A stretch of 64,000 bases of DNA from Takakia lepidozioides (lineage: Eukaryota > Plantae > Bryophyta): positions 42,098,001-42,162,000 of the forward strand of contig CM060733.1 of the NCBI GenBank assembly GCA_030704615.1, read 5' to 3'. Of the stretch, positions 61,652 to 64,000 are shown one piece after another (position 1 is the first letter of the stretch; every line of letters starts with the position of its first letter). A program made the position numbers and the translations under genes. The notes under the pieces were generated by a model. The model saw only the letters and a program-made list of their open reading frames with translations, had not been told where the DNA came from and ran no database searches.

Positions 61652-64000
61652 GGGACACATGAGGGGCTGCCCCTGTGGTGGGGGCAGCGGCAGCGATAGG
61701 TATGGGGGGGCTGAAGCACCCTTGAGTGCCCAAAGGCACTCAAGGAGGCGGAGGCGCTCACTAGGTGGAGCCCCGCACACCGGGTTGCGGTGGGGGTGGC
61801 TCCACAAGGGGTGGTGGTAGCTTAGTGGGACTTAGTGGGGGTGGCATAGGACTCACCATGGGGGCGGAGACATTGTGGTGGGAGTCGTGGGGAGTCTTGG
61901 GACTCATCACGGTCTATAGGGGCCGTGGTGAGTGGGCCAAGACTCACCGAGACTCATCACCGGGAGTCGAGGGTTTTCGTGGTGGTTCGCCATAAAATGG
62001 CATGGCTGGTTGTGAAACCCCCGCGGACAGCTACAGAAGTATATATAAGGGGAGTAGTGACCCCGAGAACGGTGCAAGCCCGTTGGTGACCAAAAACTAA
62101 TGAGTAAGCAAGCGAGCCGGAAAGCGACCAAAGAGTGGGGAGCTGTTCCGGACTGCCATCTACCAAAGGGAATTCTCCTAGGCCCAAATAGGTGGAGGGT
62201 TTAGTGGGAAGCGAAGGGGGACCGTTATGTCCCGGTGAGCAGCCGAAGCTCCAAGTTGGCCCGGGCGGCCAGGTTGGGAGTCAGGCGCGCGCATCAAAGC
62301 GAGTAACTACAACTTGGGAGCTTACAGAAGTGAGGTGCGCGACACTTGGTATCAGAGCTTAGAGTTCAGTACGCAATCGTCGTTGGGATTGGCCTCATCA
62401 TGGGGTCGGGCAAGCCAAAGCGAAAGCGGAACGGCCCAAAAGATGATGATCCTGGTGAGCCCGATGGGGGCGACGTGTCACCGAAGCGGCCGTTTGAGGA
62501 AGCGACGCAGGTTTCTGAAAACGAGGCCGCTCAAGAGCGGGAGGAATCCAAGGAGTCGGAGCCCGAGGAATCCGTGAGAGCTCCGACCGACCAACAGATG
62601 CCTCCCATGCCGGCAGCCTTTTGGGAAGGGTTGTTGGCGCAGTTTGGCGGGACGTTGAAAGACGTGTTGAAGGCGGCTAACGCCACTTCCACTAAGGCAA
62701 AGTTTAAGGTGAAGCCTAAGGAACCCGGCACCTTCGAGGGCGTCTGAAATTGGAAGGCACTCAACACCTGGCTCCTGGAGCTAGAGCAGTACTTCCGGGC
62801 GGCCAAGTTGAGTGACGAGGATCGGGTGGAAGTGGCTCCCACCTATTTGAGGGGCTATGCCCAACAATGGTAGCAGAAACGCCTTCACGATCGAGGCCCA
62901 AGCCCGGAAACCTTGAACTGGAGTGGGTTCAAGGAATTGACGAAGAGACAGTTTGTGCCCCTCAACGCGTCCTGGCTTGCCCGGGACAAGATGAGGAATT
63001 TGAAGCAAACAGATGACATTCGGGGGTATGTCCAGGCTTTCAATGTGCTATTGCTCGAAGTCGCGGACATGGCAGAACCAGAAATGGTCTTCAACTTTGT
63101 GGCGGGACTGGCCCCATGGGCCAGGCGGAAGTTGGAGGAGAAGCCACCTAAAACTTTGAACGAGGCAATTGAGAGGGCTGAATGTTTCTCGGATGTCCCT
63201 AGGGGTGAGAGACAAGGCCGTACGGAGCTGAACCACAAGAAGACCCGGCGGGAAGGTGACTCCTTCCGACCGGAAAAGAAGTGGGATAGGCCACGCGGTG
63301 ACAATGGCACGTGGAAATCGAAGGGAGGGCCTTCACACGTCAAGGCGACACCCGGTGCTTCAAAAGGAAAAGCGGGTGGAGCGGCTTATGGCGGACAGAA
63401 GGCGACCTTTGATGGAGTGTGTTTCAATTGCGGGGAGCCCGGGCACATGGCCAAGAAGTGCACGAAACCTCGACAATTGAACATGACTCGGGCAACCACG
63501 GAGCTGTCGGAAGATACCATCAGTCGCTTGGTGGAAGCGGTGGTCGCCAGGACTTGCAAGGTAGGCAAATTTTCTTGTGAGTTGTATCAGGAAACTGGCG
63601 CCTTACGTAAAGGGAGTCAGTTATTGTTCGTGGATGGGAAAATATCCGGAACTAACGTGTCGTTGTTGGTGGACACAGGAGCGTCGCACTCCTTCATGAC
63701 ACCGGCAACGGCACAAAAGCTGGGACTCCCGACAAGTGACGTGGGGGCCTCTATTGAGGTGCGTTCTGCCAAAGGAGAACCACAGATGGCGACAAGGTTG
63801 GCGTTTGATGTTCCTCTTCAACTGGGGAGTTGGGAGGGACGTGAGAACTTCACCATCTGCGAGATCGATGGAGTGGATCTCATTTTGGGGATGACCTTTT
63901 TGAGCAAATCCGGAGCGGTCATAGATGGCCGCAAGAGAGTAGTCACGCTACCATGTGGGAATGGTGGCGAGGTCTTACGAGTGTCGGAAACGCCCAAATC
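61652..64000 (+). mobile_element. Chromovirus copy 2: part of the 5' LTR (61652-62344), PBS-Met (62347-62358), gag-PR pseudogene from 62400; runs off the window
   Basis: Highly similar to 46654-47345 and 22754-24410; in-frame stops in gag. Confidence 0.93.

Overview
Repeat-dense eukaryotic (plant-type) DNA made almost entirely of nested transposons, with a 500-N scaffold gap at 22187-22686. It holds three copies of a non-chromovirus Ty3/Gypsy family (family A, Athila/Phygy-like, with a long ORF extension after integrase): 1552-13565 (+), 17233-22186 (-) and 47346-61651 (+, chimeric). It also holds two copies of a Galadriel-like chromovirus (22687-47345 and 61652-64000). The most notable feature is a family of large Mutator-like (MULE) DNA transposons. 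One apparently complete 18.7-kb copy (27694-46373) sits in the chromovirus 3' LTR, and ends of two diverged relatives lie at 1-1551 and 13566-17232. The complete element carries a GCM-like/DDE/SWIM transposase and, divergently from it, an intron-containing gene combining a ParB/sulfiredoxin-like domain with a prokaryote-type beta-class N4-cytosine/N6-adenine DNA methyltransferase fold. Its non-coding DNA is packed with a GGCGCC-centred palindrome, including a 5.7-kb 95-bp satellite. All protein assignments come from motif recognition by eye; no searches were run.
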